NCBI RefSeq assembly: GCF_001194135.2
Contig: NC_068982.1
Coordinates: 132,045,039 to 132,109,038, forward strand
DNA length: 64,000 bases
Reading direction: 5' to 3'
Origin: Octopus bimaculoides
Taxonomy: Eukaryota
The translations under genes were made by a program, and so were the position numbers. This document shows positions 53,270-64,000 of the stretch, piece by piece (position 1 is the stretch's first letter; the number at the start of each line of letters is the position of its first letter). The notes below the pieces were generated by a model, which saw only the letters and a list, made by a program, of their open reading frames with translations, was not told where the DNA came from and ran no database searches.

Positions 53270-53470
53270 AATTAGTCTTTCCCATCGTGCTGAACACTAG
53301 CCCATGTGAAGCCCTGTAGTATGGAAACCTCTGCACACTAATACAGGACGAAAATAATTAGATTAATGCATTTGGAAGAAACATGTGGCGCAAAATTTAA
53401 GGAATATAAAGTTACAAAAGAGAGAGAACCCTGGTACAGTGTGCTAAAATGCGTCTGAACAACGGCTGCT
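53270..53470 (+). mobile_element. Degenerate RTE-like LINE fragment
   Basis: LVFPIVL and INAF...MWRKI motifs. Confidence 0.35.
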
Positions 53471-54023
53471 TGAACAAAGTATCTTCATTTCAAAGCATAT
53501 AATGAAAAATATTAAATTTCACCTCTTTATTCAGAATCTTGACCACGAATAAATTTAGCGTGCGTGCTCGCACGCACACGTGTGTAACTTATATATACGC
53601 ATACGTATATATTTATACATATATAGACATATGGATGTATATGTAAGTACAACGCTGGGAAAATGGAGTACTCTATAGAAAAATTCTCGGGAATTATAAA
53701 ATGATGACAGAAAAGCGATAGTAGTATATGCTAGAGAAAGTAGGAAATTAGAGGAACAATACCGTGGGAAGTGGCAGCTGATCAAATATCCATCTCTGTC
53801 TCTATGATGTAGTTATTGAATTATTAGACTTGTGGTGGGGGCAACGATAGAGTCTTTTATAAAGAGATAAATATTGCAGAAAATGAGCTTTGGTTGTGTC
53901 CTTTATTTGAAGATATTGACTGAAGAGAAATATGGAAAAGAACGTGCGTGTGCATGCGTGTGTGAGAGAGAGCGTGAGACAGACAGACAAAGAGGAAGAC
54001 AGAGAGAGACTAACAGACAGATA

Positions 54024-54082
<59 letters not shown>

Positions 54083-54654
54083 TGTGTGTGTGCGCGCGCG
54101 CGCGTACATATATATGTTAGAAACAGCAACGAAATCTCCCATCTCTAAACAAATTATACCGTATCTAAAAATGTCATATTGGCCATTGTAGTTCTGGATA
54201 AACTAAACCTGACAAAAAAAGGTGTAACAGAAATGACTGACGCATTTTCGATAATAGGTTCTCTCAATCGGGACTGAGATGGGGCTAAACAACAATGACA
54301 ACTAATGCCCCTTTTTTCATTGGTTTATGCAACACAGATCATCTTATTATTTTTGCTTAAATAATTTCCGTTATCTGATGGGAAATTCTGTTGTATATTT
54401 TATATAAGAGACATATGGCCATTTGTACAAAAGGCATTACCTAAAACGTTTGTTAGTCAAGACTGACTCTCCAATGACATCTCAAGAGTTTCTGTCAGGG
54501 TGCAGATATAAGCTGGGTTTCTTTTCTACATCGAAGACCAGTACGCTAGGTAGTCATTCCTCTTCATTCCGGTGGTATGGGTCGACGCACTTCGGCATCA
54601 TTAAACGACTTCACCAAAGATGTAAGAAAGTAAACAGCTGAAATAAATACCACA

Positions 54655-54810
54655 AGACATTTTGTCTAATGTTCCTGACAAGTACTTTATGTTACCAATC
54701 CCAGAAAGATGGTGGAAAAAGTTAACCTTGCGGAATTGGAACTCAGAACGCAAAAACCTGAAGCAAACACTGCAAGACATTTTGTACCATTCTCTAACAA
54801 TTCTACTAAT
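54655..54810 (-). mobile_element. Degenerate tRNA-SINE family A
   Basis: gaaaaagttaaccttgcggaattggaactcagaacg...gcaagacattttgtacc...ctaacaattctact. Confidence 0.5.
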
Positions 54811-56559
54811 CCTTTGCCATAGACTGCCATGAAGATGATTAGCAAGGTTAATCTCGACAGATTTTGAACTCGGAAACTAAATGCCCGAACAAACAACGCA
54901 GGCTATTTTCCTACTATTCTTACATTTCTCTCAATCTATCGCCTCGATAAGCGCCATTAAGTTTTTTTTTAAATTTCGGTCAAAGGCTTTTACTTTTCTT
55001 TTTCTTTTGTATTCGTAAATGAATATACGTCTACATCACCAAGTGCTCTGAAATATTTACATTAATAACTGTTTTGTGTTAAAGTATAATTTACTAGCAT
55101 CTGCACATCATGTATAATTCATGTGTTTAAATTAAGTATTTAACTGTCTGTATTTTTATTAGATGCAAATACCCCTATTTCAGCAGAAAAAGAAAAAAAG
55201 AAAAATAGGAAGAAATATATTCTTTAAATACTGTCTTGTTGTTTTTGTTTGTTTCCCGTTCGATATCATATGAGTTTGTTTTCTTTTTTTACAAAACCAG
55301 TTTAAGTTATGTAATTATTGTTTATATTTCAATAAACAACAGTAGTTTTAGATAAATTCTGAAAATACTTCTGATTCTGATTACTAACTTCTGAAGTATT
55401 CCAAATAACGTTGGTCTTTTTAGAGAAATGTATAATAGACATGGTTTTTGTCGTTTATTTTAACAATAATTATTTAAAGCATTTTCCGATGAAAAGAATT
55501 TGTAAAGATATCTTGAGAAATGTATCTTACAACAGAGTATAATATCTCATAGCTTATATTATAGATGCTATTATTTTTCTCTTTTTGCGGTTCGATAATT
55601 TCGTAATCTAGCTTTGTATGTTTTAGTTTGCTTCAACAGAGATAAACTGTTTATTCACAGCAATGCTATCTAGCAACAGATAATATTATCTGAACACCAT
55701 TTACTTCTCAGGTCACCAGTATACATGCACATACACTTGTTTTCCTTAAGCTTTCACTCTTATTATTTCTAACTATACTTTAACTATTTGTGCAATATCC
55801 ATACCTATATTTATTTTGAATATAAATACAATTTTTCCCATGTTTTCTGGCCTTTCGTTGATCCGATTGTTTATAGGTTTCTATTTTGCTGTAGGCAGTA
55901 TTTCTTCAGTATGGAAGCACAAAAGAAATAATGTCCTTGTATCGAGATCAGCCTTTTGCATTGCGTATCGATACAACATTAACATTGTATCAACACAATA
56001 GTATTGATTGCGTCACCACAAAAGATAATACTTCAGCCGAAGAAAGATTCTATATTTGAAAAGCAAATATTCTAATATCAGAAATTCTGCTTAAGAGTGG
56101 GAATAAATTAGCTATATCTCGTCCAGTAGTGTCAACCTAGTTGGTCGTAGGGAGCAGTTAAAGACTTCATTGTTCAATATACTTAGGAACCATTGAAATT
56201 TTACTTCAAACAACGCCATTACAAGAGCATGTAAGGCAACGCACTGCATATTAACATAACTTTTGTCAGTTATCCGCTGCTTTCTCTTGTTACAGTAGTA
56301 AGTTCAATACTCCATAGTATTTACATACAGACAAGGCACATGGATATTTGGAATTTAAATGTCTTGTCTCTGTTAAGGATACTGTGTAGTGATAGTAACA
56401 TAAACCGTTCACAATATAATCTCGCCAGTTGCCGTTCCTGAGATAAAAAATAATCAATTTGTAGCCGTTAGAAAATATTCGGATCTGCTTCCGTTTGATT
56501 GTTTCTCGTTCAAAAAGTATATGCAATTTTCATTATCAAGAATAATTTGCAATATGCCG

Positions 56560-56872
56560 TTAATACTGGTTTCAAATTGTGAGTACTGAATGGATGTAAT
56601 CGATGTAATCAACTTGCTCCTTCCCCAAGCATTTCAGGCCTTGTACCTATACTATAAAGGAAGATTACTAGATAGCCCAGGGCGGCAAGCTAGCAGAATC
56701 GTTCATACAGAACAAAATGTCTAGTAGCATATCGTTCGTCCGAGTTCAAGTTCCACTGAGGACATTCCTGCCTTTCATCTTTTTGAGGTCGATTTTTATC
56801 GAGCACTGGGATCGTTGTAACCCAACTCCCCGAAATTGCTGGCCTTGTGACAAAATTTGAAATCAATATTAT
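56560..56872 (+). mobile_element. Two adjacent family A SINE pieces (3' half, then a near-complete diverged copy from 56679)
   Basis: gatgtaatcaacttgctccttcccc...ggccttgtacc tail, then agggcggcaagctagcagaatcgtt...gagttcaagttccactgagg...ggccttgtgacaaaatttgaaatcaatatt. Confidence 0.6.
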
Positions 56873-57261
56873 GTAGTTCATATTACTTCTAAGTAAATAA
56901 TTAGCTCGCAAAATAATTAACTTCAAAACACAGAAATATATTTTTAGATTAGCTGACCATATTTCTTCCAAGGGGTAAAAATAGGAAAGTTATTAACTTT
57001 CAAACCACCAAACATTTTAATTTTAAAATATTTCTTACATAAATACAAGGCTTCGGGTTTCTGTGATAAACCAAATTTACATATTTATATCTTCGCAAAA
57101 TTATATGTATTTTAACTAAAGTAGCATTTTTGTGGCTTAGTCATCAGATGAAGAGAGCAAGATGCATGAGATTTTTCTGGGTCTCGCAGATTGGTGGGAG
57201 AAAGTTATCCCGGATACATGTAGCCGAGTGGATTATACTAAAAAAAGTCAAGGATCAGTTG

Positions 57262-57501
57262 GTAGCCAAAATCCAAACCATTATTAGGGATAAATTTCGA
57301 AGGGAATGAAAAAGAAAAACATTTACCATCTATCTCCTGGACCATAGTTTCAAGCTCTAAATTAGCAAATAAAATAATTTAGTAATTATTTTATTTGCTA
57401 ATTTAGAGCTTGAAACCATTGTCCAGGAGATAGATGGTAAATGTTTTTCTTTTTCATTCCCTTCGAAATTTATCCCTAATAGTGTTTTGGATTTTGGCTA
57501 C
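57262..57501. repeat. Near-perfect 240-bp palindrome (118-bp arms, 4-nt spacer, about 4 mismatches)
   Basis: gtagccaaaatcc...gcaaataaaataatt TAGT aattattttatttgc...ggattttggctac. Confidence 0.95.
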
Positions 57502-58829
57502 TCCTTCTAGCATGCTTATGTGTTTAAATGTACACTGTATTTATATAAATAATATATAGTCTATTGACTAGTTTTCTACATACTAGGCCACTGGTAGTAA
57601 AAAATTTCTAAACTTTTTTCTTACCCTGATATTTATTAATTATATCTGTGTATATGTATATATATGTGTGTGTGTGTGAGAGTGGATGTGTGTGTGTGCG
57701 CGTGCATATATNNNNNNNNNNNNNNNNNNNNNNNNNNNNNNNNNNNNNNNNNNNNNNNNNNNNNNNNNNNNNNNNNNNNNNNNNNNNNNNNNNNNNNNNN
57801 NNNNNNNNNNNNNNNNNNNNNNNNNNNNNNNNNNNNNNNNNNNNNNNNNNNNNNNNNNNNNNNNNNNNNNNNNNNNNNNNNNNNNNNNNNNNNNNNNNNN
57901 NNNNNNNNNNNNNNNNNNNNNNNNNNNNNNNNNNNNNNNNNNNNNNNNNNNNNNNNNNNNNNNNNNNNNNNNNNNNNNNNNNNNNNTATCATTATTCTCC
58001 AGTCTTGTTATATAATATTTGATATCATGGAAAAAGAAATTATTAAAATATAGTTTTAGGTTAAAAGTTTTGAAAAAATAAAGAAAATTATTCCTTACAT
58101 TGTTTGCTGATCATGATTTTCTGAAACATTGTTTTTTAATGATTTTTGTTTCTTTTCAATGTTGGGAGCTATGTGTAATAACAGACTCTCACTTCTTCAT
58201 GAATGCATTGCATAAATTCTCTTTCTTTACATTTACTGTACTGCTTATCGGTGTAGAAATCTTATTATAATGGAACGTTGAAAATAGAATGTGAATAGAC
58301 GAATATCTTATAGCTACTGAAGGTTATCCTTTTTTTATGGAAAACCAAATCTCATTTTTACGATGAAGCTCTTCATATTTCATTACAATCAATCCAACAT
58401 GAGTTGAATTTCCTATGGCTTGAACTGCATTATATTTGCAATGTTTAATGAAAGAAATTAAATGCCTAATTTCTCTTCTAGACTTCTTAGTTGTTCAACA
58501 ATAAGAAGAATAATTTCCTTTGTATTATGATGTCTGTTTATCAATGGAGACATTTTAACAATACCATCTCTTACTTTATTTTATCAACTTACTATTCTTT
58601 CTGAAATGTTGCTAGTTTATTTGTAGAATTCAGAATGATTTCATTTTTACTGTACAAACTTCAGCTACAAATCTGAAATTCATAATAAAAATTCACAAAG
58701 TTGTTTTTGATTAGCTTCTTCAACAACAAAAAATAAAGCTGTTTATTCAGATGCCATGCACACTGCAGAATACCCTTCCTGCTGGCAGCCATCTCACTTG
58801 CTAGCAACTATGGGTTTTCATATAATGAA

Positions 58830-59225
58830 GAATCTATGGTGTGACAAAACATATCTATACAAATTTTAAAATAAAGAATCTATGTTGTGACAAAACATAT
58901 CTATACGAATTATCTCAAACAATAACTTGCGGTATGTATATTTAGGTTTATATCAGAAGAATGATTTAATCTTTTCTTACAAAGATAGTAGGTATACTCT
59001 TGGTAGGTTAAAGAAGAACATGGCAAAATACTTTCGAACATTTGGCGAGCTAAATCATCATTACGATAAACCTCTCTCAGTTAATTTCTTAGATGTCGTA
59101 ATAAAACTTTGTACCAATGTATACAAAACATATAAAAAGACACAAAGAGAAGTTTATCTGCATGAACACACCATGTGACACTTACCAGCTGTCTTCAAAA
59201 CCTTGTAAGGAATATTAGTAGGATA
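58830..59225 (+). mobile_element. Degenerate Penelope-like (Neptune-type) reverse transcriptase fragment
   Basis: GLYQKNDL (cf. GLYRDDGL), VNFLDVVIKL, YKTYKK and YLHEH in ORF 58927-59178; preceded by a 46-bp direct duplication (58828/58874). Confidence 0.65.
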
Positions 59226-59251
59226 TGAAAGTTTCAAGTAGGAAAATATCA

Positions 59252-59405
59252 GGAGACACAGGTACAGCTGGGCGGTAAGAAGTTCGCTTCCCGACCGGGT
59301 TCAGTCACACTGCGTGTCACCTTAGATAAGTGTCTTCTACTATATCTTCGGGCTGACCAAAGCCTTGTGAGTGGATCTGATAAACAGAAAGTGAAAAGAA
59401 GCCCA
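59252..59405 (+). mobile_element. tRNA-SINE family B 5' half
   Basis: cagctgggcggtaagaagttcgc...gggttcagtcacactgcgtgtcaccttagataagtgtctt...gaaaagaagccc. Confidence 0.75.
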
Positions 59406-59409
59406 CAGT

Positions 59410-59498
<89 letters not shown>

Positions 59499-60059
59499 NN
59501 NNNNNNNNNNNNNNNNNNNNNNNNNNNNNNNNNNNNNNNNNNNNNNNNNNNNNNNNNNNNNNNNNNNNNNNNNNNNNNNNNNNNNNNNNNNNNNNNNNNN
59601 NNNNNNNNNNNNNNNNNNNNNNNNNNNNNNNNNNNNNNNNNNNNNNNNNNNNNNNNNNNNNNNNNNNNNNNNNNNNNNNNNNNNNNNNNNNNNNNNNATA
59701 TATATATATATATATATAAAATTAGAAAATGGAGAATAACATACATTAACCAAGACATCAATAAGACCACATTTACTGCTTGTTTGTTGATACAAAGCAA
59801 GACATAACAAAGCTAACAGCTGTTTCTGATCAAAATTCCCAGAATGCTGTCTATACATAAATGCGAGAATAAAATTCTTCATCTTCATAGGGCATTCGAA
59901 TTAAGGCAACCGATCGTCATTAGCGTGAAAAGCAAGAGCATACACTATAAACAGAAGGGAGAAGGAAGAGGTAAGAAAACATGGTTTAGAGAAATAGTGT
60001 AAGTGGTTAAGGGGAGGCAACAGGTCGCGGTAGGCCAGCAGTTCAATGAAAACAAGGAA

Positions 60060-61235
60060 AACAAATATGGCTTCAAAATTGCAGAGGGAAAACTTTGCCC
60101 CTTTTCCTTAGCTTAATAAATTTATTGATGAAAATGAGTTCCTCGTCGATAATGATATGGTTGAGTTGATGCGAAACCATATTTGCATTCTTAGACAAGA
60201 ATTATCCCTATATTTTCTCAATTTGCAAAAAATTGAGCAACTTTACTGCTTCTGAACAATCCATTTTCCATATCTTTTGCTGATCTCCCTTCCGAGGACA
60301 CAACCATGCAGGAGCAGTTCATAGAATTGTTGAATGACAGAGCTGCAAAACAGATCTTTCGTGAAATAAGTTGTAATGACATGACTTTTGGATTCAAATA
60401 GCACAGCTTTATCCAGATATTTCAAAGATGGCACTGAAATATCTGGTTCCCTTCACGACCACTTATGAGTGCGAGTTGGTGTTTTCGGGTCTTCAATCGA
60501 TAAAAAGCAAACAACGAAACAGACTGAATGTTGCACACGATACAAGGGTTGCTTTATCCAGAACCCAGTCAAATCAAATATAGATGAGTTGGTAAAGCTG
60601 AAGCAAATACATTAATCCTCCTTTTGAACAGGTTTAATGATTTTTCTTTAATACATCTATAAAACAAATATCCTATCTTCTATCGGTTTTTTGGCAAATA
60701 TATATGCGAATAAAGGAAAGAATCGGATAAAATATACAAAGAATTAAGCGCCACGTCAATGCCATAATCCCTTTCTTATACCGGACCTTACTTGCCACCG
60801 AACTTAATATTTGTGAAAATGGGTTTGAAAGCATAAATTACTAATGAATAATTAAAGTTTGGTATAGTTAACTGTGGCCCTACTTCATAGCCTAAAAAGA
60901 AGCAAAATGTTAATTTTTTCATATCATTATTCCAACATTTGGTGTCATGTTAGTGTCACTATTCTTATTTTATGCTTACAACTAACATTTATATTTAATC
61001 ACATTATTGAGGTTTTGTGCATTCAACTACTTAAGCCTAATAGTAGTATAATCGCGAACATTTTGCATTTGATTAATCACTTATTCCTGCCAAAATAGGC
61101 CGGGGACCACGATGCCTCCACAAAATGGCCAAGGAACCGCGAGGCCTCTAAAACATGGCCAGGGGACAGCGAGGCCTCCAAAAAATGGCCAGGGGACCGC
61201 GAAGCGAAAATTTTGAAAAAGGTTGAGAACCACCG
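60060..61235 (+). mobile_element. 3' half of a Buster/Charlie-type hAT transposon
   Basis: FWIQIAQLYPDISKMALKYLVPFTTTYECELVFSGLQSIKSKQRNRLNV..D.RVALS (hAT dimerisation domain). Right TIR ggttgagaaccaccg at 61221-61235, followed by gtcTAaac. Confidence 0.85.
61098..61200 (+). repeat. Subterminal 29-30-bp tandem repeat (about 3.5 copies) of the hAT element
   Basis: Unit approximately ggccaggggaccgcgaggcctccaaaaaat. Confidence 0.85.
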
Positions 61236-61303
61236 GTCTAAACCATGTTTTCTTAGCTCTTCCATCTCCCTTTTGTTTATATTCTATGCTCTTGCTTTTC
61301 ACG

Positions 61304-61386
61304 CTGATGAAGATCGGTTGCCTTAATTCGAATGCCCTATGAAGATGAAGACTGCATTCTGGGAATTTTGATCAGAAACAGCTGTT
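61304..61386 (+). ncRNA. Hammerhead-like motif with extended stem II; stem I not evident
   Basis: CUGAUGA 61304-61310, A-GAUC...GAUC-A, GAAAC-AGCU-GUU at 61375-61386 (palindromic ACAGCUGU). Confidence 0.4.
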
Positions 61387-61660
61387 AGCTTTGTTATGTC
61401 TTGCTTTGTATCAATAAACAAGCTTTAAATGTGGTCTTATCAATGTATTGATTAATCTATGTTTTTCTCCATTTTCTAATTATTTGTATTGGTTCCTGAT
61501 GAACGTTTTGTTTATTCTATTGTCACCTGCGCTCGATGTATATGGTATCCCTGCACACCAGTGCCCGGGGATAAACCAGGTAACGGATACTGATAGTACA
61601 TACGTATATTTTATCCCTCGGTCGGTTACTACAACTGCTAACTCTCTCTCTCTCTCTCTC

Positions 61661-61733
<73 letters not shown>

Positions 61734-61921
61734 NNNNNNNNNNNNNNNNNNNNNNNNNNNNNNNNNNNNNNNNNNNNNNNNNNNNNNNNNNNNNNNNNNN
61801 NNNNNNNNNNNNNNNNNNNNNNNNNNNNNNNNNNNNNNNNNNNNNNNNNNNNNNNNNNNNNNNNNNNNNNNNNNNNNNNNNNNNNNNNNNNNNNNNNNNN
61901 NNNNNNNNNNNNNNNNNNNNN

Positions 61922-62012
<91 letters not shown>

Positions 62013-62014
62013 TA

Positions 62015-62092
62015 CGATGGGTCTCTTTCAGGTTCCGTCTACCAAATCCATTCACAAGGCTTTGGTTGGCCTGAAGCTACAGTAGAAGACAC
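62015..62092 (-). mobile_element. tRNA-SINE family B internal fragment
   Basis: cgatgggtctctttcaggttccgtctaccaaatccattcacaaggctttggttggcc...agtagaagacac. Confidence 0.75.
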
Positions 62093-62484
62093 ACAAGCAT
62101 ATAAAAAAACTATTTACATATATATACATACACACACAGAATGTGTATTTGTGTGTGTGAGTGTGTGCGTGTGCGTGTGTGTGCACGCGTGTGTGCACGC
62201 GTGTGTGCCTGTGTGTGTGATTTAACCGTGTATATCATGAATACAATACATAACGAAATATCTAGCCTGAGGCATAATAGCACAAAGTACTCTATAAATA
62301 CTTATCAATAAGCTAGGATATTTACAGCTACGACGACAGTCTATGTGATAAATATGGAACGTAATTAATTCAGAATGATATCTGTTTAGCGCTGGAACAG
62401 GGCCTGTTCACACACATTCACACACATATCTAAGAAAGCAAATATTTTCTATGTACACATAGATACATATATACATACATATAT

Positions 62485-62535
<51 letters not shown>

Positions 62536-63478
62536 NNNNNNNNNNNNNNNNNNNNNNNNNNNNNNNNNNNNNNNNNNNNNNNNNNNNNNNNNNNNNNNNN
62601 NNNNNNNNNNNNNNNNNNNNNNNNNNNNNNNNNNNNNNNNNNNNNNNNNNNNNNNNNNNNNNNNNNNNNNNNNNNNNNNNNNNNNNNNNNNNNNNNNNNN
62701 NNNNNNNNNNNNNNNNNNNNNNNNNNNNNNNNNNNNNNNNNNNNNNNNNNNNNNNNNNNNNNNNNNNNNNNNNNNNNNNNNNNNNNNNNNNNNNNNNNNN
62801 NNNNNNNNNNNNNNNNNNNNNNNNNNNNNNNNNNNNNNNNNNNNNNNNNNNNNNNNNNNNNNNNNNNNNNNNNNNNNNNNNNNNNNNNNNNNNNNNNNNN
62901 NNNNNNNNNNNNNNNNNNNNNNNNNNNNNNNNNNNNNNNNNNNNNNNNNNNNNNNNNNNNNNNNNNNNNNNNNNNNNNNNNNNNNNNNNNNNNNNNNNNN
63001 NNNNNNNNNNNNNNNNNNNNNNNNNNNNNNNNNNNNNNNNNNNNNNNNNNNNNNNNNNNNNNNNNNNNNNNNNNNNNNNNNNNNNNNNNNNNNNNNNNNN
63101 NNNNNNNNNNNNNNNNNNNNNNNNNNNNNNNNNNNNNNNNNNNNNNNNNNNNNNNNNNNNNNNNNNNNNNNNNNNNNNNNNNNNNNNNNNNNNNNNNNNN
63201 NNNNNNNNNNNNNNNNNNNNNNNNNNNNNNNNNNNNNNNNNNNNNNNNNNNNNNNNNNNNNNNNNNNNNNNNNNNNNNNNNNNNNNNNNNNNNNNNNNNN
63301 NNNNNNNNNNNNNNNNNNNNNNNNNNNNNNNNNNNNNNNNNNNNNNNNNNNNNNNNNNNNNNNNNNNNNNNNNNNNNNNNNNNNNNNNNNNNNNNNNNNN
63401 NNNNNNNNNNNNNNNNNNNNNNNNNNNNNNNNNNNNNNNNNNNNNNNNNNNNNNNNNNNNNNNNNNNNNNNNNNNNNN

Positions 63479-63757
63479 CCGAACGCTAAATTACGGGTAC
63501 GTAAACACACCACCATCGGTTGTCAAGCGATGCTGGGGGGGACAAACACAGACACACAAACATATACACACACATACATATATATACATATATACGACGG
63601 GCTTCTTTCAGTTTCCGTCTACCAAATCCACTCACAAGGTTTTGGTCGGCCCTAGGATATAATAGAAGACACTTGCCCAAGGTGCCACGTAGTGGGAATG
63701 AATCCGGAACTATGTGGTTGGCAAGCAAGCTACTTACCACACAGCCACTCCTGCGCC
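63479..63757 (-). mobile_element. tRNA-SINE family B, 3' end lost in gap
   Basis: ggcgcaggagtggctgtgtggtaagtagc head, caccttgggcaagtgtctt core, microsatellite linker and start of the 3' module. Confidence 0.85.
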
Positions 63758-64000
63758 TATGTATGTATGTATTTTAAGGTTTTGCCTTGACGTAGCGATA
63801 CTGGTAAAGTGTGGTTAGAACTTCATAAGCGTTTGATGAGTACAGAGCGAAGTATGAAATTAAATAATGACAAAGGAACAGGAAATTATGCAATGAACTA
63901 CATTAATTTACGGCTATCACCTTATAGCCTCCTTGGAGCTCCGAGGGAGTCATAAGGTGATGCGCAAGTACTCAGTTCTATGTGTACTGCATCTATAGCA

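Larger units (their letters stand above)
59720..61481. repeat. Inverted-repeat pair (59720-59990 and 61237-61481) with hammerhead-like motifs, enclosing a hAT fragment
   Basis: aattagaaaatggag...gaaaacatggtttaga versus tctaaaccatgttttc...ctccattttctaatt; diverged, with one indel of about 25 bp. Confidence 0.9.
1..64000. repeat. Pervasive microsatellites ((AT)n, (CA)n, (CT)n, (TATC)n, (TATG)n, (ATT)n, (TAGG)n), flanking most assembly gaps
   Basis: Directly visible throughout; they explain most of the listed ORFs. Confidence 0.98.

Noticed and set aside
55893-56060. Acceptor-like tgtAG followed by a 55-codon open frame, as next exon of the signal-peptide gene
   Set aside because: The phase-compatible frame stops after 35 codons with no donor, and neither frame shows a recognisable protein.
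56290-56526. 78-aa minus-strand ORF with protein-like composition
   Set aside because: No motif, no clear splice sites, and a length expected by chance.
1-64000. Most long ORFs in the supplied track (poly-YI, HT, CV, SL and X-run ORFs)
   Set aside because: They are produced by microsatellites and N gaps and have no coding or splice support.
1-64000. CRISPR arrays, operons, rRNA or prokaryotic defence systems
   Set aside because: No repeat-spacer arrays or bacterial-type genes are present; the sequence is repeat-rich eukaryotic DNA.

Overview
AT-rich, microsatellite-dense eukaryotic DNA with roughly 5 kb of N gaps. It is probably non-coding or intronic sequence from an octopod cephalopod; this is inferred from the tRNA-derived SINE families and repeat density, not from a database hit. 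Almost every ORF in the track is an artefact of microsatellites or N runs. The window is mostly decayed mobile DNA: four tRNA-SINE families, R4/Dong-like, RTE and Tx1-like LINE fragments, Penelope-like (PLE) fragments, mariner, Tc1-like and Buster-type hAT elements. One convincing host exon encodes a signal peptide (52072-52150, +), but the rest of that gene could not be identified. The main hidden pattern is five unrelated long inverted repeats (about 1.7, 12.7, 31/33, 57.4 and 59.7/61.3 kb). Their arms carry hammerhead-ribozyme core motifs (CUGANGA...GAAAC-palindrome-GUH; only the GAAAC...GUC half at 57.4 kb), and in all five the motifs face outward. Most copies are mutated in the core, so activity is unproven.
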